Of a stretch of 64,000 bases of DNA, positions 37,301 through 49,900 are shown piece after piece (the first letter of the stretch is position 1; each line of letters starts with the position of its first letter). The notes beneath the pieces are model-generated. The model was not told the DNA's origin, made no database searches, and worked only from the letters and a program-made list of their open reading frames with translations. The position numbers were made by a program, and so were the translations under genes. Source of the DNA: Zygnema circumcarinatum SAG 698-1b. Lineage: Eukaryota; Plantae; Zygnematophyceae. The DNA lies in assembly GCA_037447605.1 (NCBI GenBank), contig CM074809.1, forward strand, positions 2,036,689 through 2,100,688, given 5' to 3'.

Positions 37301-40118
37301 TCTCATCCCTGCATCGTGATTCTCAAGACAAGCAGGACAGTGGCTTAATACCCTCGCACTCGGCAGCCACATCCCGCCGCTATCAAGCAGCCTCAAGCAC
37401 TTCTTATCTCGCCTATATGCAATTGGCCAAAAGTCAAGTATGAAGGTTGCACCTTGTTCATGGTGCATGTCATGGCAGCCACTGAGGATGTTCATGACGA
37501 AGATCAAGAATGGCGCATCACATCTACGATGTGTTTCTGGGCCGTTTCCACCCAAAACTAACCTCCTCTCGTTGGATGAGTTCAGTGGATGTTTTCCTCG
37601 ACGACCTTCCAAGAGGGTCGCCACCTCATCTAGAAAGGAGTGGGGCACACAATCCTCTTGAGCTGAAAGCAAAAGCCGCCTTTGGCGGGCCGACTCCATC
37701 GGTTAAGCCCTAAAGAAACCGGCGAGATGCTAAAGCAGCTTGGCAACTTTACGCGGAAAAGGGCCGGATGTAACCTTACCAAAAGCCCCTTTGGGGCTCT
37801 TTACTTTGTTTGTTGGGAAGAAAGATGGTTCGCTGAGGATGCATTGATTATCAGCAAGACTCAACAAGATCACCCAAAGAACCGCTTTTGCTTTACCACG
37901 CGATGGGATGATTCATTGTTGGATCGCCTTCACGCCTTCGCAGCGTTTAATACTTCCACTGATCTTGCTCGCCGTGGGTACCATCAAACTGGGTGTTACT
38001 AGTCGATGTGCCAAAAACTCCGCTGCCCTGACATTGGTCATTTCCAATATAAGGTGTTGCCCTTGATTGACTAATGCTCCTACGACTTCTGTGTCATAAT
38101 AAACCAGATGTTCATAGTGCATGGATGAGTTTGTTTTGGTTTACCTCGGCGATATCCTTGTCTTCGCAGAAGACGGAGGAGTCACATCTTGAACACGTTC
38201 GGAAAGTGTTTGAGACCCTGAGGGAACACCAGTTTTATGCCAAGAGGAAGAAGTGTCACTTCATGCAACGTGAGTTGCTTTATCTTGGGCATATCCTCAA
38301 TGATCAGGGTCTTCGACCTGATCCTGCCAAAGTTTCCGCGGTAGAAACTTGGGCGCCACCGACTGACTTGCATCAGTTGAGGTCTTTCTTGGGATTTGCG
38401 AATTATTTTCGTAAGTTCATCCAAGGGTTTAGTAAGTTGGTTACTCCCTTGACCACTTGGACACGTGCTCCGCAACCTTTACATATATAACCCCAATGCC
38501 GATGCATTCAAGGTGTGCGCCTATGCACTTGTTAATGCTAATTCCACTCTCCGCTTAGCGACCCTCGGCCCAAGCCTTATGAAGTGGTTTGTGATGCTTC
38601 TCGATTCGCCTTTGGGTGCCGCCTTGTGTCAAGATGGCCAACCTTGTGCTTGTTGTTTCTAAAATGAATCCCGGCCGAAGCCGCCAACTATTCTCGCCAA
38701 GTAATGTAATGTTAATCAAGCAGGGTCCACGCCTCAGGACATGGTGCGGTGCTATTTAGAGGGGGCGGTTAAGGCCACGTCAATGCATCACCGCCTCGGC
38801 CGACGTGCTCTCACCCAAATGCACTCGCCTAGGCTACAGCACGCCGGGTTCAGTTCCTCCTGGGGCAGTTTGACCGCCAGTTGGCTCCACGGCCCGGTCA
38901 ATGTAGCGTAATCTTAATCGAAAAGTGCGCGATTCGCCTCGATGGTGCCTCGCCGACTCGAGTGTTGGTGGAACGAGATGACAGAGGTGAGGGGCCGCCA
39001 ACCCCGGTCTCCGCTCCGCATGCTTTTGGTCATAGATCCTCCACCAAGGACGTAGCCAACCCTCCTCGCTTCTCTCTCGACATCTCGCATGATGATCCGG
39101 TAAGGTATACCGGGTGATCCTTTTGCCCCGGATGGCCAAGGTAATGGCTATAAGGACAAAGTGGTGTCTAAGGACGGATTCTCGTGTACCACGCCAGCAG
39201 TTGGTCGCGCCTGCGCTCTGGGACTGCACGGGCAGCTCTCATTCTCGGTGTAGCCACATGATCCTCCTGCACCGAGGTCACATGGGAGTTGCCAAAACCT
39301 CGCGGAGGCAATCGCCTCCCGGTGAGTTCCCCGTGGCCTCGACTCTCGAGGGATGTGAAAGCGTGATGTACTGCCCGTCTAACCTTGTCAACGCAACAAA
39401 TCCCCGCGACCGGGCAGATTCCCCGCCACCGCAACCCCTCACACCTCCTCCTTCGAAACGGGATAGTGTGGGTACGGACTTGATCAATGCATCTTCCTCG
39501 CGGACACCCTGGGCATGACTCCATCCCCTCGCCTTGCCCATAGGCTCTCAGCTAGAAGATGGTGCATTTTGCACCAACTACCAAGACCGGCCAATGACGG
39601 TGATTGCACGGTTGTGGTTGTTGACAAAAGTGTGGAGCCGCGATGGTTCGCAAATTGTGTTCCGACCGCGATCCACGCATTCACCTACTACTTCGACTAA
39701 GTGCTCAAAATCGCTGGGACCAGCAGCGCTGAGTATGTACCTTTCCACCCAAGAAACCGATGGCCGCATCTTTAACGGGTGAACAGGATCCTGGAGGATT
39801 ACCTCCGGCATTATGTGGGACCTACCCCGGATGGGTGGGACGAACTGCTCCCAGTGGCTGAGTATGCCATCAATAATGCTTACCAGGAGTCCATTGGTAC
39901 CACCCCTTTCTTCTTGAACTTTGGCCAGCATCCTCTAAATCCCCTGCAACCAAGGGATCAGCCCCCTGATCCGTGGAACATGGGCGTCCACAGAACCCCC
40001 GATCCTTGGAAGCTGAGAGGAACTGATGGGACTCAACCTCCCGCAGTCAGATCTTTTGTCCGGCTAATGTCTGAGGCGCTGCAGAGGGCACGGCAGACCC
40101 TGCTAGCGGCCCAGTCGC
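34360..40118 (+). mobile_element. Third family-G chromovirus copy (noisy, 3' end lost in a gap)
   Basis: Degenerate LTR at ~34360-35050; gag block near-identical to 5170-5230 reverse complement; clean RT block at 38160-38460; clean integrase block at 39780-40000. Confidence 0.85.
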
Positions 40119-40170
40119 GNNNNNNNNNNAGCCCAGCCAGACAAAGATTTCAGTGAGAAGATACTTTCAT

Positions 40171-40609
40171 TGTAATGACAATCCCCGGCCAACCGCTGGC
40201 TGGGGTGACTTTCCAAAATACAACCTTTATCTAGGTTGAGTCCTGTTTTCCCTTTGCTGTCACTATGCCAAGCTACCATCTTGTTCTATCCTGCCTTACA
40301 TTCCTCCCAATGACCAATGATAACTAGAAGCCTAGCTAAGAGACTAGCCGAAGAGAGGACAGGGGAGGAGAGCCCCCAAGGAAGGGCTCTTTGCGCATCG
40401 GGTTCAGCCGCCGGTGGGAACATCTTCAGGATCCCTACGTCTTCCGCTGCGCGTACCTCTGAATCTCCCGGATCCTGGCTCTATGCTGCAGGCAGACCCA
40501 CAGAACCAACCCAACCCTTCATCAATTTCAGCACGGACGCGCGAGTGGCCGTACAGCACCTGCAACTAGCTCAGCAGTCTCCTTTCAACCCCACTTATCT
40601 TGTGCTACA
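40171..40609 (+). mobile_element. LTR-like sequence (TGTA...TACA) matching the repeat at 27928-28130 and 28819-29003 in inverted orientation
   Basis: 40403-40609 is the reverse complement of 27928-28130, with a few substitutions. Confidence 0.55.
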
Positions 40610-41951
40610 ACGCCAACGCCAAAACGACCTAATAATGGTATGGTATGACCGTATCACCGTACGAGTACGGTCGTACGGTCGTTAATTGTTCAAAACGAGT
40701 GGTTATAATATATGTAATAAAGTGTTTTAGTTTGTAATATATTACTAATTTTAAACCCGTTGTAAATTATATAATATATTCGGAATTTATAACGCGGGCC
40801 ATCCCTACTCGTGTCCCGGTCGCTGTGCGGTGACTGTACGGCCCAAAAGTCAGGGCCTTCCGAAGGATACCGCGCTCGACGTGACTATAAGGAACCAATC
40901 ACCGTATCACACGTGTCACTTGCAGGCCACCTCAGTACGGCAATGTACGAACGACGACTGTCCCACTGGCCGTACTCCATATGACCGTACGGCCGCAGGC
41001 TCCACCCGCCCCCGGCGGGAAGGACCGCGACAAGGGCGAGGTCCGCTGCGATTGGTCCGCCGCCCGACGCCCGCTCTGCGATTGGTCGCGCAGATACCCC
41101 TCCCTGCCGGCCGGCTGTCAGACGGTCGCCGCCCGCCGGCTCCGGCCGGCCGGCCGTCAACGCGCGTTGTCGGTGGCGGGACTTGGAGTTGACTGAGGCT
41201 CGCCTCCCTCCCTTCCTCCCTTTCGGTCCTGTACGGTGGACTCACGGGGCTTCCTTCCTGCCTTCGCTCCGTCCGCTCAAGGTGGCGGAGGAGCTCGCAG
41301 GGCGCGGGGGATTCAGGGGGAGGGCGCGCATGGAAACCACCGGTCCAGGCAGCAACTAAAGAGAGGTTCTCGAGATACATACATATCGGATTTCTTCGGG
41401 CGGGTTGAAGGGACACGTAGGAGGGTTGGCGGTGACAGGCGAGGTATGCTTGCGGGGAGGAATGGTTGCAGAGAGCAGATCAACTGAGCGTTTGGTGTGG
41501 AAGGGGGCTGGATCGAGGTTGGAAAATAGGTTTTGAATGAGAGGGAACAGCAGCAGCACGAGGAGGAGGAGGAGGCAGCAGTTATAGGGATGCACTAGTG
41601 AATTGTACGCTTCTGGATAGCTTGACCTAAGATCTGGTGATTTGAAGGCATAAGCCTGCGTGTTGCGTGGGGGGAGCCGTATTTGATAAGGACTTCCAGA
41701 TCTATACAGTCTAATGCTCTGCTCCCGGTTCTCCACAGTAACAGAGTAAATGCGTAGAAGACCTCTAATTACTATTGAAACATTATTTTCCTTCTTCTTT
41801 CGCTCAGGCTATTCGTCAATATCTTCTCTGCTGACTACGGTGTGTTTCATATGATTGGGTCCATATTCAGGTGCTTACCTTTCTGCAATCTCTTTTCGCC
41901 TCAGCACGTCTTCCTCCGCCGCTCCAAACATAAGTAGGCCGGTCCCTACGC

Positions 41952-44265
41952 ATGGGTCCTCTATCGATGAAAAAATCCTGCTACCCCCGGACGGCACAAC
42001 AGCTGATTCTGGCCCCAATTCTTTTGTTGATCGGCACGTTATCCCTTTATGCAGGTATGTATCGTGCTGCTCTACCGCAAATTTTAAAAAAAAACTTCCT
42101 CGCTTCGACCATTGACATTTAAAAGCCCAATTAATAGGCTGTCCTCTTCACGTTTCTGGGGTAACTACTGTAGGGCTGAGGATGTAGCACTTTGTGCTTT
42201 AACATGCCAGGTAGCAACGGTGCTTTTCACGAACAGCAGCTGCAATAAACAGCTCTGATTTGCAATTCTGCATTCAAATCCTGCAGAGGGAAACTTCACT
42301 GCTCCAAATGAGGCTTACGAGGAGTCGTTCGAGTCATGGTTAGAAGCTTTACGGGTGGCAGAGGATGCTCCCATAGACGAGGAGATAACGAAGTTGAGCA
42401 CGTTCCAAGATGAGCTGAACGCAGCAACTCTCAATGCGTCGGAGCTCCATGAACGCAGAAAATTAGCTGGTGTGCTTCCTAACCTACTTGGAAGAGCTAC
42501 AAACCCACCAATGAAGTATATTGCGAATACTGCCACTGCCCCGCGGAGAGCAAAGTGCGTGAGGGTCCTTTTTCTGCGTTTTTTGTGGCTAAGTTTGTTC
42601 CTGGATCCTTCTTGTTTACAGTAACCTTTTGTAACATCGGCTGCTGAAACAGTCAGAGGGAATTGTCCTGTCTATTGCTGCCGGGTCTATGAGTGAATGC
42701 TTCTGGATATTCCAACAATGTGCTCGTTGCATGGTTCGCGCCTGGGCGGCAGCGTGCAATGTTCGCGATGGGTCGTGGGTGTATGACCGGAAGCGACCGG
42801 TGTACTCATATCGATGTCCATGGATCCGCACTCCGTACAACTGCAAACGTAACGGCCGGAAACAGGAGATCTATGAGCGATGGTCATGGAAACCGAGAAG
42901 CTGCAATATGGGCAAATTCGATGCTTTATCCTTTGTGCAGCGTTTTCGGGGCAAGGTAGGTAGAGTGGCTTCCTTATTCCTCAATGTAAAGCGTAGCTGC
43001 AAGCATGCCTTCGATTGATCTTTAGGCTGGCACGAATTTGCTTCATTGAAGATCTTGTTGAATACGCTGTCAAGGTGTGAGTTGCAAAGTGAGAAAGTGG
43101 AAGGATTGGATTTGCAAGAAAAGGCTTCCACATGTCAGGAATCCTTTTCCCAACTTTTGGGTGAACGAGGACGAACTTTGAAGTGTTTTTTTTGCTGTTG
43201 AATTGTATCCTGTCTGAATGAAGTGGAAGGGGAAGGGGTAGCGACTGCGGGGACAGTCAGTACTTTTGTTTCCAAACGTTCAGAGATGGTGCTTTTCTCC
43301 CTTGTTTTTCGCTTTGGAGCCAGTGGAACATTTCATGTAAGCTGAAGAAATTCATACAGATCACTATAAATCACGTGGAATGTCTTTTACCTTTCGCCTT
43401 TATTGACCAATGGCTTTTCCCCTGGTTGATGCAGGTTGTGGCTCTCATTGGTGACTCCTTCTCCAGCAACATGGGAGAGTCAATTACGTGTCAGCTCTCC
43501 CGGGCGGTGACAATAAAAAGGTACATCGCCAGATTTGCAGGAAAGAAAGTGCGAGGAATTATTGCTCCTGATTACAACTTCAGGTTGATCACGATTCTAG
43601 CCCCGTATTTGGTGCGCTATTCAAAGAATCCTAAAGATTTCGCGAAGCTCGGTTTGAAGCAGAACAACTTCTACGACTATCTCGTGTGGACCGACCAGCT
43701 TGACTCTTCCTGGTCGCGGCCGCTCAAGTACATTGACTTCGCCATATTCATGTCCGGCCACTGGTTTCAGGTCTCACAGGGGAAGACAGTTGTAAGATCA
43801 CGCACATTCGTGCGAAAAAACAGAGTACTCGTCAACATATCAGGGGTGGATGCTTACTCACTCGCTTTGAAGACTGTGATCAAATGGGTTTCTAAGGGCT
43901 CTAAGTACAGGGGCGTCCCCATGTTTGTTGCCTTCTCTCCGTCCCATTACACCGATGCGGCGCAAGGACAGCCGGATTTCTGCAAGGAGACTCAACCGTC
44001 TGCAGTGAAGACCATGTACAGCTTTGCCAATAAAGATTGGTCTGCAGCTTGGGTGAATGCTGAGAAGAAAGCGGTCGCAGGGTCGAAGTTCAAGTTTCTG
44101 GACACGTCTATAATGTCAGCAGGGCGACCGGATGGGCATGTCCAGACGTTCTATGGGCGAGCGAGGAACAGCAAAACCAAGTGGGACTGCACTCATTGGT
44201 GCTTGCCGGGCGTCCCGGATGCTTGGACTGACATGATGCACTATGTGGTGAGAACCCAAATGTAG
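41952..44265 (+). CDS. TBL: TRICHOME BIREFRINGENCE-LIKE (PMR5N + PC-esterase) polysaccharide O-acetyltransferase, spliced
   Basis: Exon 41952-42054 encodes a signal anchor (LILAPILLLIGTLSLYA). Stem exon starts at 42287. PMR5N exon ~42753-42955 (CNVRDGSWVYD...C...NGR...WSWKPRSC). Exon 43435-44265 has the GDS motif and DCTHWCLPGVPDAW. The exon 2/3 junction is not resolved. Confidence 0.9.
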
Positions 44266-46526
44266 AACGTAGGCTCCGGCTATTAGGGACTGAGCAATCT
44301 TTACGTTGACCTTTATAAATTTTCTTTACATAATCGATTATGTTTGTAAGTGGCAGCAGAATAAGTCGTCGTTTCCATTTTCAAGCTCAATTTATGCTCG
44401 GAAATGGTGACAGCTTCCGGAGCACTTTCAGCCTATGCTGAAAGTTAGTGAATGTCGGCAATTTTTTTGTAGAAGAATAATGGACGACTGAGGTCCTCTA
44501 AATAAGAGCTTCAGACAGGCCATTTGTACGCAGTTGTACGAGCTCGACAATCTTCTCCTCAGATTGCGGAATCGGAGGCCGCACGAGCAGATGTAGGCGG
44601 CAACCAATCCCAGAATCTGGTTTTTGCCCAGTAGGTTAAGAAAGGATGGAGTTCCAAAGGTAGCTTGTTGTACAGCCACACGGCAACATAGTTGTAACAT
44701 AGGCATATTTTTTCAACAATTTTCTAATGTGAGAGAAGAGGGTTTCATTTATAGTGGCAGCACTGTGGGTGCTAATACTGAACAGAGAATCGATGCAAAT
44801 ATTTGCTTATGCCCGGACCAATTTTCTATCATCGCTACTGTTTGAGGTGGATTATTCCAAGTATCCCACCATGCCCTAATCCGTGATTTAGTCGAAACTG
44901 GAATGCATCAGTATGCCAATGCTTTCGCTTGTTTGAGCCGGCGGCTCACAGAACTTGGAGCCTGCGACCACTTCCCCCAACAGCAGGGCCATCCATTCTG
45001 CATAGCAAACGACGCCGGCATCTGTAAGAGTGTACTTCCACAGAGCGGAGCTGTCGAGCATGTCAAAGTAGTGCAAAGCCTGCGTTGGCTCAAAGCCAGT
45101 GGCATTCGTGCGCCCCACGAAGGCCGTTACTTGGCCGTAGGATTTATCGATTCGAGGGAAGGTTGGGAACGAGAAGCAGGCAGGGGATTCACCGCTGCTG
45201 GTGGGATACGTCTGGTGGCCTGTGTGAATATGACATTAGAACAAAATGTTACGGAGAAACCCTTTCTGAAGTGGCACGAGTCTCGACACGAGCGACTCAG
45301 ATTACCACCTACTCTTAAATCATGGAAGGCGACACTTGTCCATTAAGTTTTGCAAGATGCAATGATGTTGGAGCTTCGAGTTGAAAACCTGGAGGGCATG
45401 ACAAGTAGCCCTGTGCAGCAATGTTGTCTATCCATCCTCCCGCCTTTTTGGTGAGTTCAGTCGAGTTACACAAATGGCCAGCGCCAGCGCGCGCCCTTAA
45501 AGCATTCAAGGTAGAAAGGAGCAAACTGCCACAAGACTCTGAAAGGAGGAGGGAGTACGGGGCCATTTCAATGGAGCTGATCCTCCAATGCAGAATGTAA
45601 GATGACACGTGAAGTGTAAGGCCCATCTAATTGTGTGGATGTCGCCCTCAGTTCGGAATTGAGAGCATGTAATTTGCTCTTCGACGACCGCCCCTATGTC
45701 AATCGGCATTCTTAAAGCATGGCTGTGCAGGAACCTTAAATTACGCCTTGGTGTCGTTTCATAATCATGCGTAGAAGTCTCATTCATGTAAGTACTCCGA
45801 ATGAAACAATTTGTCCAAGATCGAAGTGTTCCGGGTAAGGATGGGAACGTGCGGAGACACGAGGACTAAAATCCCATCCACAGGCTAAATTCAGGATGTC
45901 AATCTTACCTGATTCTTGACTCCCTAAGGATGGCCGGGGAAACACAATAACAACCCCTGAAGATATGAGGATCGTCCATAGTGCAAAATACGGCACTTGC
46001 AGCAATTTGGTTCCCTTGTGTCGCATGGTTCCAGCACTTTTCGCCACTACTTGTATAAGCTCAGAAACCAGGCTGACTTCGAAATCGCACGACAAAGGAA
46101 ATCTTTCGCTAAATAGCTTTCTGTTAAGGTTTTATTTGAATGCCTTAATGGCAGAGCGTCTGAGTGTGAGTGTGCGAGTGTTATAAGTCTGACCAAACAC
46201 TGAATGCCATAGTGACTAGAGCAATCAGAGAGAGGCAAAACAGAGAACCCTAAAAAGACATCAGTCTGCTTCTCCCACCTCTGCTCACAAGCCCCCTTTC
46301 CAAATTGAACCTTCAACAAAATGAACCGAGACTCTCAGCATAGGAATCCCTCTCGCAAATTGCCCCCCTTCCCTTCCCCTTCCAGCCTCCACCCCGGCCA
46401 GTGCGAAGCGGGACCCCCCTCCATGGCTCCGACCAGGCCTGCAACTCCCGCTCCCCCTGCAACCATCCAACCATCCGACCGCACGGCAACCCTAATTTGG
46501 CTCCGTTTCCTCCCTGCTCCAGTCGG

Positions 46527-46735
46527 CCAATATCGGAAAACTGACGAGTATCGTAATATCGATAAATATCGGAAAACTGACCAGTAGCAGTAGACTGACC
46601 AGTATTGTCAAACTGACCAACATCGTCAAACCGACCAATATCGGAGAACTTACAAGTATCGTCAGACCGGACAGTATCGGAAACTGACCAATATCGGTAA
46701 TTTGGCCAAGATTGGCAAAGCGACCAGTATCGGCA
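46527..46735. repeat. Degenerate ~18-bp minisatellite (AAACTGACCAATATCGG-like, ~11 units)
   Basis: Repeated ACCA(A/G)TATCG units directly upstream of the 59K gene. Confidence 0.7.
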
Positions 46736-46960
46736 CTTCGCCGGCGCCGGCCAGTTTTGCCGGCCGACCGCGGACACCAATACGCCCCGAATATGGCGAT
46801 ATGCCATTCGAGCCGAATACGACAACGTAAGGGTCCCATGACCATGCGGCCGTCCGTACGGTACACGAGGGCGGTGAGGGCGCCCTCCAGGGCCCACTTT
46901 CTAAGGTTGCGCTCGCGTGCAGGGAAGGAGCTGGCGTCTGCAGACAGCGCGGGGAGGGCC

Positions 46961-49900
46961 ATGGCGGACAGCCCGGCAGGGCCGCCTTGGAGGCCTTCGG
47001 AGGTCTACCTGCCACATGGCGGATGGAGGGGAAGCCCGAGTGGCCCCGCTATCAATGCGGGATGGAGACCCACCGCTCAACTTTCTGGACCGCCGCCGTT
47101 CTTTCCCGCAAACTTTTGGCCCTCCGACCAACAAATCTATCCAGGGTCAACTTCTCCTGCTCGACCCCTTGCTCCGCATCTTGTTTCTTCCTTTCCTCGG
47201 CACCTCTACCCTAGTGGTAACAGTCTTGCAATACCTGGAGGGTTTGGAGAGGCACCAGTGCCGATTCATTATCAAACACAAATGCAAATGCAATCGGAAT
47301 CTGCCCCAAACGGTTACAATTCAATTCAGCAATCTCATTTTCCACTACAAAGCTCACAACAAGTGCCTATGCCCTCGCCGCCACTTCCTCCGCCTTCCCT
47401 GCACCCTTCTCATGCCCCTCCTCTAGCCGCTATTCCGGGAACTGCGCATTCTCGTCAGGCCTCAGCTCCTGCCCCTTTCGCATCTTACAGTCCTCATTTC
47501 AAGCAAACCAGTGTGGAATCCCGAATTATTAGGCCTCCGTTTGCCATAAGTTTAGTTGCCCCGTCTGAAGGACGAGAAATGGAAGGTGGGAAGGTGGCAC
47601 GTCCGTCTTTGGACGCATTTTTGCAGGAGCTGGGTACTAGAGTGACTTCGGATGGTGGGGCAAGTAAGCCAGATTTTAAGAACAACATTTTGCAGCTGCA
47701 GCGGATGACGAATAGTAAGTTGGACGAGCAGGGAATGAATCAAGTCGAGAAGGTGCTGGAGCAAGGAAAAAAATTTCCAAACGAAAACCGAGTGGTCGAG
47801 GATGAGGGTGCCATGGCGAGCGCACTGGGAGAAGATATTTTTTCAGTTCCTTGGAAGTTGCAAGAATATTTTATTAGAGTTGGCCACCAGTTGGCCCTGC
47901 TGGAGGATGTGTATGTTTCTTCCTTTTCTCATGTATCCTTTCCACTCGTCTTCTTGTCCAAAACCTTCCTTTGCGTTGTCCTTCTCTTGCATTTTTGCGG
48001 CAGGCGGTCATTTTCTTAGCACCTTATTTACATGACGTATTAAATGGGCATAATCTTCAAGACCCACTTTATCGCTAGTAATACCGTATCTCTAGCGTTG
48101 GCTATCCAGGATTACGTAGGCACCGTAGCAGCAAACTTATTCAATCATTCTTCAGTAGTCTTTGCAGTTATAATCCTGGAAGTGATTCTGAAGTTCAGAA
48201 CCGCGTCTAGCGGATATCGTGCTATGGTACAAATCATTTTGAACCAGTTTCCTTCACGTCCGCTTCATTGCTTACGGGTGCAGGATTGCAGAACTGCAGT
48301 GTTATTCTGTAGGAGAAGCAGAGGATCATTTGGAGGGTCGTCCTGGCCTTACTGGATGCAATGAAGAGGATGGAGGTAGAAGTGGCGGAGAGGATGATTG
48401 CCAGAAGCTGGAGGAGGCCACCACTTCGACTGTCAAGCATAGCTTGGTGCATGTCAGAAACGCGGTGAATGAGATACAAACAGCATGTACAGATACTCGA
48501 CCGAAGGATATGGACAGAAACCAGAGTTTGCCTGTCGCGAACGGATGGAGAGCTATGGTTTCCTCGGAGGGTTTGAGAGCCAAGGAGAAACAACCCAGGG
48601 AACGGAAGACGAGAGCGATGCAGGCAGCATTGAAATTAGAGAAACAGCTGAGGGCTTTGTTGGCTCCTCTAGAGAGGGCAATTGATGCAGGGGGGGGTTC
48701 ACCGACACTGGAAGCTTTGGAACTCAGCCTTCTAGTGAAGCAAAGAGACAAAGTGCTTCGCAACAGGAAGTGGAGAAAGAAGAAACGGCAAAGAACGGCA
48801 GAGGCTGTGCGGAAGGTAATGTGAAAAGATTATAGCTTTTGGACCTTTCACAGATTTTGGCTTACCCTTGTTTCTTACAGAAGGAAGGCTTGCACATCAA
48901 GCCTTTAAAACTTGGATGATGCAGCAAGCATTCGAATAAAAGGGCGCAATTCTTGTACTTGGGTCCTGAATTACATAGTTGAACACTCCTGATTTAGCAG
49001 AATCTTGTGAACTCCATGACGACTCAAGTCTCAGTTTAGGAAGTTGGAATCCAGCACTTCTCAGCTTGTCTGCGTTAAGCATTATATTTGAGGCAATTCG
49101 CACATTTAGCCCATTTCTACATTGAATTTTGATTCAAGCTGTCCGTCAGCAGTTGTTGCTGTCTGCAAGCCGTTATGGTATGGAAGGATTAGATCATTAA
49201 ATTGTGAGCTAGTTCCACAACAGCTGACAACGAACAAGAAAGGTACAAGAAAGTTTTCATGTTGAGAACAGTAAGGAGTACAACAAAAGTTACAATTTTT
49301 TTTACAGATTACTGTAGCATGCCAATAGCAATGATGCGCCCACATCGTTGAGCTTCATGAATCTTCCTTTTGTAGAAGGAAATCTTACCAACCAGGGGGT
49401 GTTCTGAGCTTGCAGCACAGGCCGCCTGTTGCATGATTCTACTCTGCAGGACTTAGAAGCAGGATAGCTTGTATGCTTTTCTTTTGGCTTCACGTTTTCA
49501 TTAGTCTAGTAGGGGATTTGTGCTGTTTGATTGTTCAATCTCATCAGGAGCGCGAAAAGTTCGAAGAGCTGGACCGGGCGGCAGATGAATGGCGAGCACA
49601 GGAACTTGCGAAGTCCATCGCACAGCGTAAGGTGGGTGCATGCGTTATCGTAGGACCCGATTTTCAGGCTCATAACTTTTTTGTCCCTCTGCAAAACAAT
49701 ACATTTGTTGGATTTACCGCAGTGATCGTAAAAGCATTTGTTTCTTGGGTGCGTGCAGATGGAGGAGTTGCGTGAACTTGCTGAAGCAGCAGCTGAGGAC
49801 GAGCGTCGTAATACAGAGAAGGAGGTAGGTGAAACGAGCACCCTTTGCACTACCGACATATGCAGTTGTCATTTTTTTTTCAGATTGCCCTGTTTTCTAG

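Noticed and set aside
1009-40118. Treating the many frameshifts in TE ORFs as biological recoding or ancient decay
   Set aside because: Indels cluster in noisy blocks and differ between otherwise near-identical copies. Only the gag/pol junction reproduced in two copies was kept as a recoding candidate.
41356-41736. Minus-strand ORF with a hydrophobic stretch (CCLLLLLVLLLFPL)
   Set aside because: The hydrophobic run comes from GAG/CAG triplet repeats, no downstream exons or homology are recognisable, and the region looks like the TBL 5' UTR/promoter.
44400-46100. Several short ORFs, including a signal-peptide-like start at 46026 (minus) with a GTAAG donor
   Set aside because: I could not build an in-frame exon chain or recognise a domain. 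An unrecognised gene is possible and needs RNA-seq.
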